64,000 nucleotides of DNA from an uncultured virus (IMG/VR IMGVR_UViG_3300021335_000006) (IMGVR_UViG_3300021335_000006:1-64000), one strand, 5' to 3'; counted from the stretch's first letter, positions 1-11,733 are shown. The notes: generated from the sequence alone by a model not told the origin. Numbers and translations are program-made.

Positions 1-2793
1 GGTCAAGAAGTGGGTAAAGAGGTCAAGCTCATTTCAGATCGAGATGGCCTGGGTGCTACAGCTCTTGTTACAAAAGTTGCGGAAGACATTAGCGGACGTA
101 TTGAGTTTGAATTGGAGAACTCTGGATTCGGATTTATCTACGGAGAATGGTACAACCCGTTATCTCCGAATCTTGATCCTACAAATTCTGAGTATACAGG
201 ATTTTCGTATGATCCCGCTATCTATACACCACCGAATAATCTTGTCAATAATATTTTAATCAGCGATCAAGTTGTTGTACTAGAGCAAACTCAGTCTGTG
301 GACGTAAGACTCTACGACACGATTGAAGCGACTGATGTTGTGATCGAACCTATTGATCCCGACACAATTCCATTGACTGCGCCTGTCCTAACGTTTGTAG
401 CGGGAGACGTAGATACTGGAACAGACATTATTACAATTGAGTCTCATGGACTAACATCAGGCGCTCCTCTTCGATACGAAATTGGATCAGGTAATACCGG
501 CGTAACGGGACTCAATGAGAATGATATTTTCTATTTAATTCGAGTCAGTGATAACGAGATTAAACTCGCCACCAGTTTGGCGGACGCCCTAGCGGGCGTA
601 GCTATAGATCTCACGGATGCGGGATCAACAGTATTCCAAGATATCAACAATAACGGTATAGCTGATTCAGGTGAGCCGCTCGTAACAAGTAAACTGAAGT
701 GTATCATAGCGTACTACGCTGATACAGCATCTACGACTGTTACAATTAATGATATTGTGGGAGATCCTGCAACATTTGATACTCCGAGTCAAACGTTTTC
801 GGAAGTTACGATTACGACAAACTCGCCTCATAATCTCCAAGTTGGAGACTCCGTTGATATTACGAATGTGTCTCCTTCTGACTTTGATGCGTTCAATGCG
901 CTTGTAGTAGATGTTGCAAGTGCAAATGTCTTTAATATTGAGAAAACAATTAGCGTGTTGACAACGTATCTCGGAGATGGTACTGTCGCTAAGACAGATA
1001 AGTTTCTATCTCGAATTACTGGATCAGGAACTATTATTGATACGAATGATGAAGAAAAGTTAATCTTCTTTCAAGCGGGAACTGAGTTTCCAGAGCTTCC
1101 CGATAACGGAAAGGTTAAAGTCCAGTTTACGAATATAGCAAAAGATCCAGCGGATAACGTAGTAATCCCCGATATTGAAGTTACTCGTATCGCCGCTAAG
1201 AATGCATCAGCGCAGTTTGATGTATCAGTTAGCGAAATTGAAGAAGTCACTTTGATCACAGATATTATCGACGATTATGTTAATACGACTTTATCAAGCT
1301 TTGTGGATACGAATGATCTATCTTTTTCTGGATCAGTAATTACTTCTGGTTCGACAGATCTATCAGCATTTACTGCAGGCTCCACAATTGAGATTACGGG
1401 ATCAGCGTCCAATGACGGTACGTTTACAATAGCCGCTGGTGGAGGCGGACAAGCAAATACAATTACGATTACTGGAACATTCACAAACGAATCTGCTGGT
1501 GCTCAAATACTAATCGTCTCTGATGGTGGAGTGGATTACGGAATGTCCGGCCCAGGACAAGAAAACATTAATACTACGCTTGCGGATGCATTTGAAGTTG
1601 TTGATCTTAAGATTGGTGAAGTTGAACAAATTTTTGTTCGTAGTAATGGATTCGATTATCAAAACGATGTCAAGGGTGTTGTTCGTCAAAATGAACTCTT
1701 TAACTTTGATAAGAAAGATTTAATTATTGAGTTTGATATCATCGACTTCTTATTGAATGTGGGCGATGAAATTACTCAAGAGAGAACAATTGAAGATTTA
1801 AAATATGATGCGGCGTTGACATTGACCTCATCGAATCTTGCTTTCTCCGGTAGTACGATTACAGCATCGACCGGAAACCTTGGAACTTTTGCAAATTTGA
1901 TCACGATTTCTGGATCTGGATTGAATGACGGACAGTACACTGTTGTGTCTAATACGGGAACAGTGATTACTGTCGAAGAAGCCTTTGCTGAAGAAGCAGA
2001 AGGCGCAAGCGTTACAATTGCAACTCCTCAGTTGATTCCGTACACAGCAAGAGCAAAGTATATTCGTCGAGAAGAGAATCGCTTCTACTTTAAGCAAACA
2101 AGTTTCTTTGACTTTGATCCAACACTTCAGATTCAAATTTTTAATCGCACCTATGATGTTCTGACACTACAGCGAGATTTGGAATCAAATGCACTCGGGG
2201 GTAACGCATTTATAGAAGGCCAAGCAAGATTCGAGCAGGGACAGATTGAAGAGATCTCCATTACAAACACGGGCTTCCGCTACGAAGACAATGAAGTCGT
2301 TACATTGTATGGTGTCAAAGATACTAATAACTCTAACCCGCTTGCGCTTTCAAGTCTCAGAGTGAATCAAAATGGAAAGGGCGCAGGCTCTTGGAAGACA
2401 AAGAGTTCTTTTCTTAGTGAAAGCACGAGAGCGATTCATGATAACTTTTACTATCAGGAATACTCTTACGACATTTCGAGTCGGGTGCCACCGGGTTCCT
2501 TTGAAAAGTTAATTAAGGACACAGTTGGAGTTGCTGGAACAAAGCAGTTCTCTTCTCCTTTGATAAATAGTAGCAATAGTACACCAACCGATTTGGATGT
2601 CGAGATGCAAGTGTTTGATATTAGTAACGCTGACTATATTACTGATCCAAGCACTCAAAGTCCTAACGAAAATGGTACATATATCGTAGACCCATCGACT
2701 GTACTAATCAGTACTGCTACTACAGCACCTGCGGGAAGTAACTTAGTCGCTACAATATTGACACTAGATTCTGAAATTACGATAGAAGAGTAA
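1..2793 (+). CDS. Baseplate wedge protein, gp7-like (5'-truncated by window edge)
   Basis: The frame is open from base 1, so the GTG at 10 is probably internal. The C-terminal HDNFYYQEYSYDISS...IKDTVGVAGTKQF resembles the D-x-x-YYQ-x-x-SY...HPAG end of gp7-like wedge proteins of marine T4-like phages. It lies directly upstream of gp8. Confidence 0.7.
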   Translation, partial: GQEVGKEVKLISDRDGLGATALVTKVAEDISGRIEFELENSGFGFIYGEWYNPLSPNLDPTNSEYTGFSYDPAIYTPPNNLVNNILISDQVVVLEQTQSVDVRLYDTIEATDVVIEPIDPDTIPLTAPVLTFVAGDVDTGTDIITIESHGLTSGAPLRYEIGSGNTGVTGLNENDIFYLIRVSDNEIKLATSLADALAGVAIDLTDAGSTVFQDINNNGIADSGEPLVTSKLKCIIAYYADTASTTVTINDIVGDPATFDTPSQTFSEVTITTNSPHNLQVGDSVDITNVSPSDFDAFNALVVDVASANVFNIEKTISVLTTYLGDGTVAKTDKFLSRITGSGTIIDTNDEEKLIFFQAGTEFPELPDNGKVKVQFTNIAKDPADNVVIPDIEVTRIAAKNASAQFDVSVSEIEEVTLITDIIDDYVNTTLSSFVDTNDLSFSGSVITSGSTDLSAFTAGSTIEITGSASNDGTFTIAAGGGGQANTITITGTFTNESAGAQILIVSDGGVDYGMSGPGQENINTTLADAFEVVDLKIGEVEQIFVRSNGFDYQNDVKGVVRQNELFNFDKKDLIIEFDIIDFLLNVGDEITQERTIEDLKYDAALTLTSSNLAFSGSTITASTGNLGTFANLITISGSGLNDGQYTVVSNTGTVITVEEAFAEEAEGASVTIATPQLIPYTARAKYIRREENRFYFKQTSFFDFDPTLQIQIFNRTYDVLTLQRDLESNALGGNAFIEGQARFEQGQIEEISITNTGFRYEDNEVVTLYGVKDTNNSNPLALSSLRVNQNGKGAGSWKTKSSFLSESTRAIHDNFYYQEYSYDISSRVPPGSFEKLIKDTVGVAGTKQFSSPLINSSNSTPTDLDVEMQVFDISNADYITDPSTQSPNENGTYIVDPSTVLISTATTAPAGSNLVATILTLDSEITIEE

Positions 2794-2797
2794 ACAA

Positions 2798-4879
2798 ATG
2801 GCAAAGATTATAACAGAAAATTTCAAAGCTGAGACAACAAAGGAGCTATTCGATTCCTTTGACTCTGGTGTCATTTCTAGAAAAACTTCTCAGCTTTTTG
2901 ATGCCGATGCTGTGACTGATACATCAGATCCGTCATATGGACAGATTCAGCTTACTAATGCGACAGGTCTAGCGAAGGGAGACTTCGTAAACTTTGGCGC
3001 ATCAATTCCCCTATCTTCTGATATTAAAATTTTAGAATTCGTAGACGCTACAACGATTCGTTTGACTGCTGACAATCTAACTGTGTTCAATCCTCTCTTT
3101 GATATTCCTCAAGGTGCTGAATTAAACTTTGTTAAAGCTGATACTGATCGACCTAGCACGTATTATGTTTTTGGTTCAGTAATCAACGGTGAAACAGAAA
3201 TTACGAATACTCAGTTTTCAAGTCGTAACTTTAAGCGAAAGGTTATCTTCGGAAACAAAGTCTCTGAAACTGAAGTGAGATACATGTTTAAGAACTCTTT
3301 GTGGGAGCAAGGAAAAGTTTACGATCAGTTTGATGACACGCAAGATGTAGCAACACTTGATATGTTTGCAACCGTACTGGGCGATGGATCTTCGACAGCA
3401 GAATTGAATCAGTCTTCTTATAAAGTATATAAGTGCATTCGAAACAATCTAGGTGCTACTTCTCAAAGTGTTCCGTCCGTTTCAAACGTTGACGATAACA
3501 CTCTTCGAACAAATGATTTTCAGATTACTCTAGATGACGGCTACGTCTGGAAATTTATGTTTGAAGTATCACCAGCGGAATACATTATTTACGGAACTTC
3601 TGATCTTCTTCCCTTTAACTTCCCAGGCGATCTCGATGTAATCGATGCTGCCAGAGAAAGTATTTCCGATATTAAAGTTGTGACAACTGAGCAAAACGTA
3701 TTTACAAAATTTGCTCCATTCACCCATGTTGACGAAGACGGAGCAACAGGTGTTCGTATTACTGAAATTATCGATACCAGCTTACCCACTAAAAAATTAA
3801 GAGTAAGCTATCCGACATCTGCTGGGGATCGATTCGTTGCTGATGATGCATACAAAGATATGTATTTTTATACTCCGCTTGATGGAATTCTATATGATAT
3901 CACTAGCAGTACGGCCTATGATGCAGGCGGCACCGCAACATTAGAGTTGGAACTTCAAAATGAAAGTCTATCCGCAATTAGCGATTTATCGACACTCGAT
4001 TTTGACTTGAGTTCAACTAAGAATTATTCTATTGTTCCCAAAGTGGAAGTGAGTCGTAGTACCGGAAATCGTTGTCGTGCATTCGCAGTTTTAGACTCTT
4101 TTGGAAATATCGATGATGTTACAATCGTAGATGGTGGATCTGATTATAAATTTGCAACAGCGAAAGTTTTGTTTCCGGCACCAATTGCACCAAATGAAAA
4201 TAATCCTCCAGCAGGTTATACACAAACAACGTTACGCTGCATCGTCTCTCCAACTGGCGGACATGGTAGTGATCCTGTAAAAGAACTCGCTATGAGTCAG
4301 TTGAGCGTTGCAACAACGTTCAGTGGTGCGTCTCCTTTCATACCCGGTACGAACTCTTATAGTCAAGTTGGTCTTGTTAAGAATCCTGCTTTTCTTAGCG
4401 AAACTTTTCCAGAGCAATTTGACAATCGCACAAAGATTACATTTGCTGGCCAGGCACTTTCGAATAAAGTATTTGAGGATTACTATATCAAGCAAGATGT
4501 ATATGATGGATCAGAAATTGTCGAGACAGTCTTAGGTCAGGTGCATGAGATATATTACGATACTCAGGAATTTATTATAGATAGTACAGGTGCTACTGTA
4601 CAAAATCCGGATTACGAAAAAACAGTTATGTTCATTACGAATAATGTTGGAGACTTCTCGGCTAAGTTTTCGACTGATCCAGCGACAACAAACAACGGAA
4701 CTATTCGATATATTGAAGATATTGGTCAGTCTGGTGATGGTATTGACTATGCCATAAATAGTATTACTGATTCTGATTACGTTCCATATAGCGGAGACTT
4801 GTTGCATTTTATCGACTTTTCTCCTATAGACAGATCAGAAGATCGATTGGAAAAAATTAAATTTGTATTCGACTTTTAA
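2798..4879 (+). CDS. gp8: Baseplate wedge subunit gp8-like
   Basis: Motifs VYKCIRNN, DGYVWKFMF, SPTGGHGSDPVKEL and C-terminal SGDLLHFI..PIDRSEDRLEKIKFVFDF are typical of T4-like gp8; synteny agrees. Confidence 0.85.
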   Translation: MAKIITENFKAETTKELFDSFDSGVISRKTSQLFDADAVTDTSDPSYGQIQLTNATGLAKGDFVNFGASIPLSSDIKILEFVDATTIRLTADNLTVFNPLFDIPQGAELNFVKADTDRPSTYYVFGSVINGETEITNTQFSSRNFKRKVIFGNKVSETEVRYMFKNSLWEQGKVYDQFDDTQDVATLDMFATVLGDGSSTAELNQSSYKVYKCIRNNLGATSQSVPSVSNVDDNTLRTNDFQITLDDGYVWKFMFEVSPAEYIIYGTSDLLPFNFPGDLDVIDAARESISDIKVVTTEQNVFTKFAPFTHVDEDGATGVRITEIIDTSLPTKKLRVSYPTSAGDRFVADDAYKDMYFYTPLDGILYDITSSTAYDAGGTATLELELQNESLSAISDLSTLDFDLSSTKNYSIVPKVEVSRSTGNRCRAFAVLDSFGNIDDVTIVDGGSDYKFATAKVLFPAPIAPNENNPPAGYTQTTLRCIVSPTGGHGSDPVKELAMSQLSVATTFSGASPFIPGTNSYSQVGLVKNPAFLSETFPEQFDNRTKITFAGQALSNKVFEDYYIKQDVYDGSEIVETVLGQVHEIYYDTQEFIIDSTGATVQNPDYEKTVMFITNNVGDFSAKFSTDPATTNNGTIRYIEDIGQSGDGIDYAINSITDSDYVPYSGDLLHFIDFSPIDRSEDRLEKIKFVFDF

Positions 4880-4893
4880 AGGCAGTGGATTAA

Positions 4894-7800
4894 ATGGGAA
4901 TTAATACCGACTTAAACGTAGATCCATACTACGACGATTACGACGAGGATAAGCAGTTTAATAGAATTCTGTTCCGTCCTGCACGTGCAGTGCAAGCTAG
5001 AGAACTGACTCAACTGCAATCAATCCTTCAGAATCAGGTTGAGCGATTTGGATCAAACATCTATAAAGAAGGTACTATCATTACCGGTGTTAACTTAACC
5101 GCTCGTGATGATATTAAGTATGTCAAGTTGTCGGATAACAGAACATTTACTGATCCTTCTATTTTTAATCCCAGCGATACTACAACATATATTATCGAAG
5201 GAAGTAGTTCAGGTCTTAGAGCAGAAATTGTATCTACGGCAAATGGTTTTGAAACGCAAGCCCCAGATCTTAAAACTTTCTTTATCAAATATCTTAACAC
5301 TGGCACAAATCCAGAAGACAAAGAATTCCAACAAGGCGAAGCCCTCCAGATTATTAATGCAACAACTCAGGTTCCTGTAAGCAATGTTAGTGTTACAGTT
5401 GCTAATGTTGCGGATCACGCTGGAAGTTCGTTTGGTGTGTCTTGCGAAGAAGGTGTGATCTATCAGCGTGGTCACTTCATATTCGTAGATGCTCAGTTTG
5501 TAGTCGTATCTAAGTACTTACCAGATCCCAACAACGGCACAGTTGTAGTCGATGGATCTCCTTTGGCGATTCAGCCCAACAATGTTTCAGTTGGATTTGT
5601 TGTTAAGGAAAATCTTGTTAACTCGAATCAAGACGCATCTCTCTTAGACAATGCGAGTGGATTTAACAACGAAAATGCGCCGGGCGCAGATCGTCTTCAG
5701 TTAGTACCACAGCTTACTGCGATTGCTAGTGACGAAGAGCCTGATGATTTCTTTGCTCTTATTCGATACAAGAATGGAGAAGCTGTTCGAATTCGTGACT
5801 TGACAGAATTCAATAGTATTGGTACAGAACTCGCTCGACGAACATATGAAGAATCTGGTAACTACGTAGTCAGTGGTCTTAAGGTAAGAGTTGAAGAAAA
5901 CGATGCGGGTGATGTATCTGCTGTTGTAGAGCCTGGTAAAGCGTATGTATTCGGTCGTGAGATTCGTAACATCGCAGCAAAAAGACTTCCGATTGAGGGC
6001 ACAACATCCACCCAGATTAAAGATGCTCAATCTACTGGTCTTTCCTATGGTCAATATTTTACATATGCATATCAAGACACTGCTGATGTTATCGATCAAT
6101 TTGAGCTAGACGGCACAGAATACAGTCTCACAATTAATGCTCCTGTTAGCGATACTGGTAATACTACGATTATTGGTTCAGCGTCAGTTGCTTCTCTTTC
6201 ACCAGGTAGACTGTATGTCTATAACGTACAAAAGTTAGCTGGCTATGAAAATACATCACCAACTTTCTTTCAGAATACTCCACTTACATCTATCGGAGCA
6301 GATCCAGCGGGAACACTTTATGGATTGAACGAAGGTGGACGAATCTTTGATCTAGGTAAGGACAGTCTTAAGAGTGTTCAAGAGGCGTCCTTTGTGGTTC
6401 GCAGAAGACTTCGTGTTGATACAACTGCAACGCAAATTCTAATTAATCCAGATGCGGTTCAGGGTAGATTTCCTCTTGCATCTAACATTGTTGCTGTTGC
6501 AAACAACTCAACCATCGCTCCTATTTCTTCAGTAGAAACAAACGTAGTTCCAGACGGTACTCAAATTGAAGTTAACTTAACTGAGCCTGTTGGATCGCCT
6601 GGATCGCCTGGGTATGTTTATTATGATGAGAGAATCAATGGCGTATCTCAAGATACCCTTACTGAGCTAGATGTATTTGTTCGTTCCACATATGAAGAAA
6701 CTGGAAACATTGCAAAGATTGGCTTACCGAATGCTATCAAGTTACTTGAAGTTTTCGAAATTCCGACATCAGGCCCAGAAGTAGATATCACGGGTAAGTT
6801 TGTTCTTGTAAATAATCAGAAAGATCATTTTTATGATTTATCTTTCCTTAGACTGAAGATTGGCGAAACGCTTACTGACGGTACAAGTATTCGAATTAAA
6901 GTCAAGGTCTTGAGTCGAAGCTCAGTAAGCGGAAGTGGATATCTAAGCGTTAATAGTTATAGCGGAACTAGCACGAACCTTTTGAGAGTATTTGAATCGA
7001 GAGATGGTACGTTATATGATCTCAGAAACTGTTTAGACTTCCGACCCTACGCTGCACCTACTGTTGCATATTCTATTTCTTCCACAGGTGCTCAGGTTGT
7101 GAGTTTGAACCCTCCGGTGTCTGTTGAAAGAACAAATATCCCCATTGCTACTGATCATCAAATTATCAGTAAGCAAGAATACTATCTTTCTAGGATCGAT
7201 AACGTAGTTATTGACGAATATGGAGACATCAGTATCTTTAAAGGCGCTGAGTCTGAAACACCTTCAAGACCATTGCTGAAAAACCTGTATCCAATTAGTC
7301 GTATTTCAGTACCCGGTAATGCCTTGAGTGTCAAAGGCGTGAATCCTATTAAGATTTTCGACGTATCTAATAAGACATATACGATGAAAGATATTGATGC
7401 TATCAATAAGAAAATTGATCGTCTTGTCACAACTGTCTCTCTCAGTCTTTTAGAGCTAAAGTCGAAAGACGTTTTCATTCCGGATGCTCAGGGTCTTGAT
7501 CGATTTAAGACAGGTATTCTAGTAGACGCATGTCGAGATCTCACAGTAGCTAACATTATCGATCCGGAGTTCCGTTGTGCTGTAGATAAAACTAGAACTG
7601 TCATTACTCCGTCAGTAATCCAGTATCCCATTGATATGATTGTTTCTTCGGACGAAGCTGGAGTCGGATTCCAATCTTATGATGATATTGCTTCCATTTC
7701 AAATACTGGAACACAGGTTGTTCTATTTGATCAGCAATATGCAACCCAATTTAGAAACTGTGTAACTAACTTCTACAACTATCAGGGCAAAACAAGTTTG

Positions 7801-10302
7801 TTCCCAGCATTTGATGTGGGTTATGATGTCACTCAAGCGCCTGCGGTAAACATTGAAATTGATCTAGATTCAGTTATCACAGATCTTGTAGATAATATCC
7901 AAGAATTTATTCCTCTGACACGTGAACGACTGATTGACACAGAAACAACATTTAGTGGCGTTAGACGTAATCGAACAGTAACTCAAACTTCTACATTTGA
8001 GGTACTTGGTCTTACAGCGGAATCTGTTATAGACACTCAGTCTGTTGGTAACTTCATTACTGACTTTACGATGACCCCATTCGTCGCTTCACGTGAAGTT
8101 GGTATTGCAATCACCGGGCTACGACCAGGCGCTAGACACTATTTCTTCTTTGAGGGACAAGATGTAAATCAATACATCTATCCTGGCGCATTGATTGATA
8201 CTGGTATCGACGATCAAGATTCTACAGTTGAAGGCCGTAATGTAGTCAAGGGTACGACCACATATCTGAATAACGGAGTCGAAACGACAAGTGGACTCGC
8301 AGGAACTCCAGTATTTGCTGATAGCACTGGAACACTACTTGCTGTTTTTGAGATTCCAGCAGAAACCTTCTATGTTGGAGAAAACACACTTGAAATTGCT
8401 GATGTAGATTCATACGATAGTTTACAAGCAGCCAAGACATCTTCCTCTAGAGCGACATATCGTGCTTATAACTTTGACGTAGAAAAAACTGAATTGAATG
8501 CCACAACTCGCACAGTTGACTTTGACGTTGACAGAGAGATTATCGAGCGTTCGATTCAACGGCCCGCCCCAACAGATCCTATTGCACAAACATTTGCGAT
8601 TCGTGCTTCACAAGCAAATGGCGCAACGACTGTGTACGTCAGTGAGTTAGACTTATTCTTCAAGAGTAAGTCAGCAACAACAGGTATTACTGTTGAAATC
8701 AGAGAAGTAGTCAATGGATATCCTTCGCAAAAAGTACTTCCATTTGGTAGAAAGTATCTGAAGGCTGCTGATGTCAATGTATCGGATGACTCTGCTACTG
8801 CAACTACTATTAGATTTAGTAATCCAATCAAAATGAATGTTGAGAAAGAATACTGTTTTGTCGTAATCCCAGACGGTAACTCTCCAGACTATTTGATTTG
8901 GACTGCTAAGGTTGGTGGAACTGATGAGATTCAAAAAGCGCCTATCACTAACGATTGGGGTGACGGCGTACTCTTCACATCAACGAATGATAGTGCTTGG
9001 AAGTCCTATCAAGATGAAGACATTAAGTTCCAACTGAGAAGATATGATTTCCAGTCTACTGGTTCATCGTATATCAATCTCGTTCCGAATAACCCTGAGT
9101 TTTTGACACTGACAACTCCCATTGGAGCTTTCCAAGCGGACGAACTTGTTTATGTGGTTAAGACTAATCAATACTCGGCAACTGTAACTCAAGGTAGTCA
9201 ATCAATTACAATTGGACAATCAACAGAATTTATTGCTAAAGGTTACGTGAGTATTACGGATGGTACTAATACTCACATTGCAAGAATCGTTCGAGTATTT
9301 GAAGAGACTGTTGGTCTTAATACAAATACCACACTGACAATCGATAAGCCATGGCCATATTCTGGAACTACGGGCGCAACTGCTAAAGTTGCTGTAGGTG
9401 GAAGAGTTTCTTACTACAATAGTACAAGACCAAATCGATTACACTTAAAAGATAGTTCTGCAATTCAAGATGCACGATTTGAAGCTACGGACGTTATTAC
9501 TGGACTTGTATCTGGCGCAACAGCGACGATTGGTACAATTGACAATCGTGATATTTCCTACATTCAGCCACAGATTCTGATTGATAACACTATTAAGTCT
9601 TCTTCGAATCTTGTGCTTTATGATATCATTACGGAAAATAATGTTGATAGTATAGTAATTGATAGGGATATCGATGATGCATCTAATACGTATCTACTTA
9701 ACAATCTTCGTACTATTAATAGTAAGTCCAACATCGCAGAAGGATCAGTAAAAGACGACTTCATTATTCGTGCGGAATTAACAAACAACGGATTCTCGGC
9801 CACGACTCCGCTTGTTGATACTGATCTTTCTATGATAAACGCATATGAGTATTTCATATCACCCGCAGAAGAGAATACATCTAAATATATTTCAAGAGAA
9901 GTAATTCTTGAAGAAGGATTTGAAGCGGAAGGATTGAAAGTGTTGCTGAGTGCGTATCGTCCAGCAGGCACATTCGTAGATGTTTATGCAAGATTTGTTT
10001 ATCCTACGAATGCGGATCAGCAGAGCGAATGGTATCAGCTAGAGAATCAAACACCAGGCTTGTTTTCTAACTCATCAAACACTAAAGACTATCGTGATTT
10101 TGAATATCTCCTAAACGAGACTACAAATCCGAATGATGCAGGCGATGCAAACTGGCCTTATGCTTACTCTTCATTCCAGATCAAGCTTGTTATGCGTCAA
10201 ATGACAGATCAGGAACTTGAAGATAATGAACAATCGACTGTAGTGCGTGGAGCCGCTTTGTTCCCACACATTTATGACTATAGGGCTATAGCAGTAGTAT
10301 GA
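4894..10302 (+). CDS. Large virion structural protein, VrlC-like / DUF4815 family
   Basis: N-terminus LNVDPYYDDY..KQFNRILFRPARAVQARELTQLQSILQNQVERFG, internal APGADRL, ELARRTYEESGNY and DPIAQTF, and C-terminal YDYRAIA match this family, which follows gp8 in marine T4-like phages. Confidence 0.85.
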   Translation: MGINTDLNVDPYYDDYDEDKQFNRILFRPARAVQARELTQLQSILQNQVERFGSNIYKEGTIITGVNLTARDDIKYVKLSDNRTFTDPSIFNPSDTTTYIIEGSSSGLRAEIVSTANGFETQAPDLKTFFIKYLNTGTNPEDKEFQQGEALQIINATTQVPVSNVSVTVANVADHAGSSFGVSCEEGVIYQRGHFIFVDAQFVVVSKYLPDPNNGTVVVDGSPLAIQPNNVSVGFVVKENLVNSNQDASLLDNASGFNNENAPGADRLQLVPQLTAIASDEEPDDFFALIRYKNGEAVRIRDLTEFNSIGTELARRTYEESGNYVVSGLKVRVEENDAGDVSAVVEPGKAYVFGREIRNIAAKRLPIEGTTSTQIKDAQSTGLSYGQYFTYAYQDTADVIDQFELDGTEYSLTINAPVSDTGNTTIIGSASVASLSPGRLYVYNVQKLAGYENTSPTFFQNTPLTSIGADPAGTLYGLNEGGRIFDLGKDSLKSVQEASFVVRRRLRVDTTATQILINPDAVQGRFPLASNIVAVANNSTIAPISSVETNVVPDGTQIEVNLTEPVGSPGSPGYVYYDERINGVSQDTLTELDVFVRSTYEETGNIAKIGLPNAIKLLEVFEIPTSGPEVDITGKFVLVNNQKDHFYDLSFLRLKIGETLTDGTSIRIKVKVLSRSSVSGSGYLSVNSYSGTSTNLLRVFESRDGTLYDLRNCLDFRPYAAPTVAYSISSTGAQVVSLNPPVSVERTNIPIATDHQIISKQEYYLSRIDNVVIDEYGDISIFKGAESETPSRPLLKNLYPISRISVPGNALSVKGVNPIKIFDVSNKTYTMKDIDAINKKIDRLVTTVSLSLLELKSKDVFIPDAQGLDRFKTGILVDACRDLTVANIIDPEFRCAVDKTRTVITPSVIQYPIDMIVSSDEAGVGFQSYDDIASISNTGTQVVLFDQQYATQFRNCVTNFYNYQGKTSLFPAFDVGYDVTQAPAVNIEIDLDSVITDLVDNIQEFIPLTRERLIDTETTFSGVRRNRTVTQTSTFEVLGLTAESVIDTQSVGNFITDFTMTPFVASREVGIAITGLRPGARHYFFFEGQDVNQYIYPGALIDTGIDDQDSTVEGRNVVKGTTTYLNNGVETTSGLAGTPVFADSTGTLLAVFEIPAETFYVGENTLEIADVDSYDSLQAAKTSSSRATYRAYNFDVEKTELNATTRTVDFDVDREIIERSIQRPAPTDPIAQTFAIRASQANGATTVYVSELDLFFKSKSATTGITVEIREVVNGYPSQKVLPFGRKYLKAADVNVSDDSATATTIRFSNPIKMNVEKEYCFVVIPDGNSPDYLIWTAKVGGTDEIQKAPITNDWGDGVLFTSTNDSAWKSYQDEDIKFQLRRYDFQSTGSSYINLVPNNPEFLTLTTPIGAFQADELVYVVKTNQYSATVTQGSQSITIGQSTEFIAKGYVSITDGTNTHIARIVRVFEETVGLNTNTTLTIDKPWPYSGTTGATAKVAVGGRVSYYNSTRPNRLHLKDSSAIQDARFEATDVITGLVSGATATIGTIDNRDISYIQPQILIDNTIKSSSNLVLYDIITENNVDSIVIDRDIDDASNTYLLNNLRTINSKSNIAEGSVKDDFIIRAELTNNGFSATTPLVDTDLSMINAYEYFISPAEENTSKYISREVILEEGFEAEGLKVLLSAYRPAGTFVDVYARFVYPTNADQQSEWYQLENQTPGLFSNSSNTKDYRDFEYLLNETTNPNDAGDANWPYAYSSFQIKLVMRQMTDQELEDNEQSTVVRGAALFPHIYDYRAIAVV

Positions 10303-10487
10303 ACAACGAAACATTTGTGAGAAAAAACGCCGGGCTTGTAAATACAGATTTACAGGCTCTTCGTGCTGCGAAAGCAAGAAAGCTTAGTGTGAATAAAATG
10401 TTCATGTTAGAGGCTCGTCTTGAAGCTATAGAGGAAAAGATCGACGATTTAATCAAAGGATTAGAGAGACTAAACAGAGATGAGTAA
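10299..10487 (+). CDS. Small coiled-coil hypothetical protein
   Basis: 62 aa, overlaps both neighbouring genes (ATGA-type coupling upstream); heptad-like C-terminus LEARLEAIEEKIDDLIKGLERL. Confidence 0.7.
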   Translation: MNNETFVRKNAGLVNTDLQALRAAKARKLSVNKMFMLEARLEAIEEKIDDLIKGLERLNRDE

Positions 10488-11733
10488 GAATCTTCAAGAC
10501 ATTGTAAACACAGATACCTTCGGCGTTTGGAAGAATCGTACAAACGAAATTCTGTTAGAACTCAGAACTTCAATTGTAACGTTGAATGATGGTATTGGAA
10601 CGGGTGAAGAGAATAGCGGATTTTTAGAAATTGATGGTTATATCGAAGCGTCAGGTTTAATTGAAACAACTAGCACTGACGGCATCAAGACAGATAAGAT
10701 TCAACCTTCTACTGCTCTTGCTCCAATTGAGTTTGCTGGTGACTTAGAAACAACGGGTGAACTTACTTTAATTAGTACAGCAACCACACCCGCTGGCGCA
10801 TCTAATATCCTCAAGTTTTATTTGGATGATGGAATTGTTGACGGAGAAACTTGGAGTATTGGTCCGAATGACACTCACACTCGATTTGAAATCAAGGGTA
10901 CAGATCTTAATACTGGAGACTCCACTGCTTCTCTTCTTTACATTGATGACGTAACTCAAACGCTAGATGGTAATATTACAATTGCTTCTAATCTTTTAGG
11001 AACTGGCGCATACGGTATCACAGTCGCTTCTTGGACAAACGAAATCACTATAGATTTTGCGGGCGATGCGTCTGGTAGTGTATCTTTTGATGGATCAACG
11101 AGTCCCGTTGAAGCAAGCTTAACTGTAACAGCATCAAGCGCCGCACAATGGACAGACGCAAGAACCGTAACCTTTGGTGGAGGAGATGTCACCGGTAATT
11201 TCACAATTGACGGAAGTGCAGATGTTTCTGACATTAATTTACAAGTTGGAGATAACTCACACAATCATACAATTGCTAACGTTACTGGTCTTCAGACTGC
11301 ATTAGATGGCAAGGTAGACGACACCGGTGATACAATAACTGGAGATGTGACAGTAACAGCAGATAGCGGAACTAGCGGAGTTAAGTTAGTTGCTGCCCCA
11401 AGCACTGGTGATGGTATTATCACAACTGGAGATATTACGGCGTTTGGTACACTTTCAGATATTCGTCGCAAGAAGAACATTGAAAGAATCGAAAACGCTC
11501 TTGACAAAGTATCCGAGTTGAATGGATACACATTCCAATACATAGATAGAGAAGATCGGATGACCGGTCTTATTGCACAAGAAGTCGAAAAGGTCTTACC
11601 AGAAGCTGTTTACAGCACAGAAACATTTGACGGAGAACAAACTAAAGCACTTCGTTATGGTAACATGGTGGGCTTACTTGTAGAAGCAATTAACGAACTT
11701 CGTGAAGAAGTCGAAAAACTTAAGAACTCATGA
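10480..11733 (+). CDS. Short tail fibre with C-terminal peptidase S74 intramolecular chaperone
   Basis: N-terminal DTFGVWKNRTNE motif; C-terminal SDIRRKKNIERIENALDKV...GLIAQEVEKVLPEAV...YGNMVGLLVEAINEL is the S74 chaperone signature. Confidence 0.85.
   Translation: MSKNLQDIVNTDTFGVWKNRTNEILLELRTSIVTLNDGIGTGEENSGFLEIDGYIEASGLIETTSTDGIKTDKIQPSTALAPIEFAGDLETTGELTLISTATTPAGASNILKFYLDDGIVDGETWSIGPNDTHTRFEIKGTDLNTGDSTASLLYIDDVTQTLDGNITIASNLLGTGAYGITVASWTNEITIDFAGDASGSVSFDGSTSPVEASLTVTASSAAQWTDARTVTFGGGDVTGNFTIDGSADVSDINLQVGDNSHNHTIANVTGLQTALDGKVDDTGDTITGDVTVTADSGTSGVKLVAAPSTGDGIITTGDITAFGTLSDIRRKKNIERIENALDKVSELNGYTFQYIDREDRMTGLIAQEVEKVLPEAVYSTETFDGEQTKALRYGNMVGLLVEAINELREEVEKLKNS

Noticed and set aside
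6591..6612. TGGATCGCC tandem duplication
   Set aside because: Only two copies encoding GSPGSPG in a probable loop; trivial.
4894..10302. Virulence factor, based on the VrlC family name
   Set aside because: The name is historical; the context next to gp8 indicates a phage structural protein.
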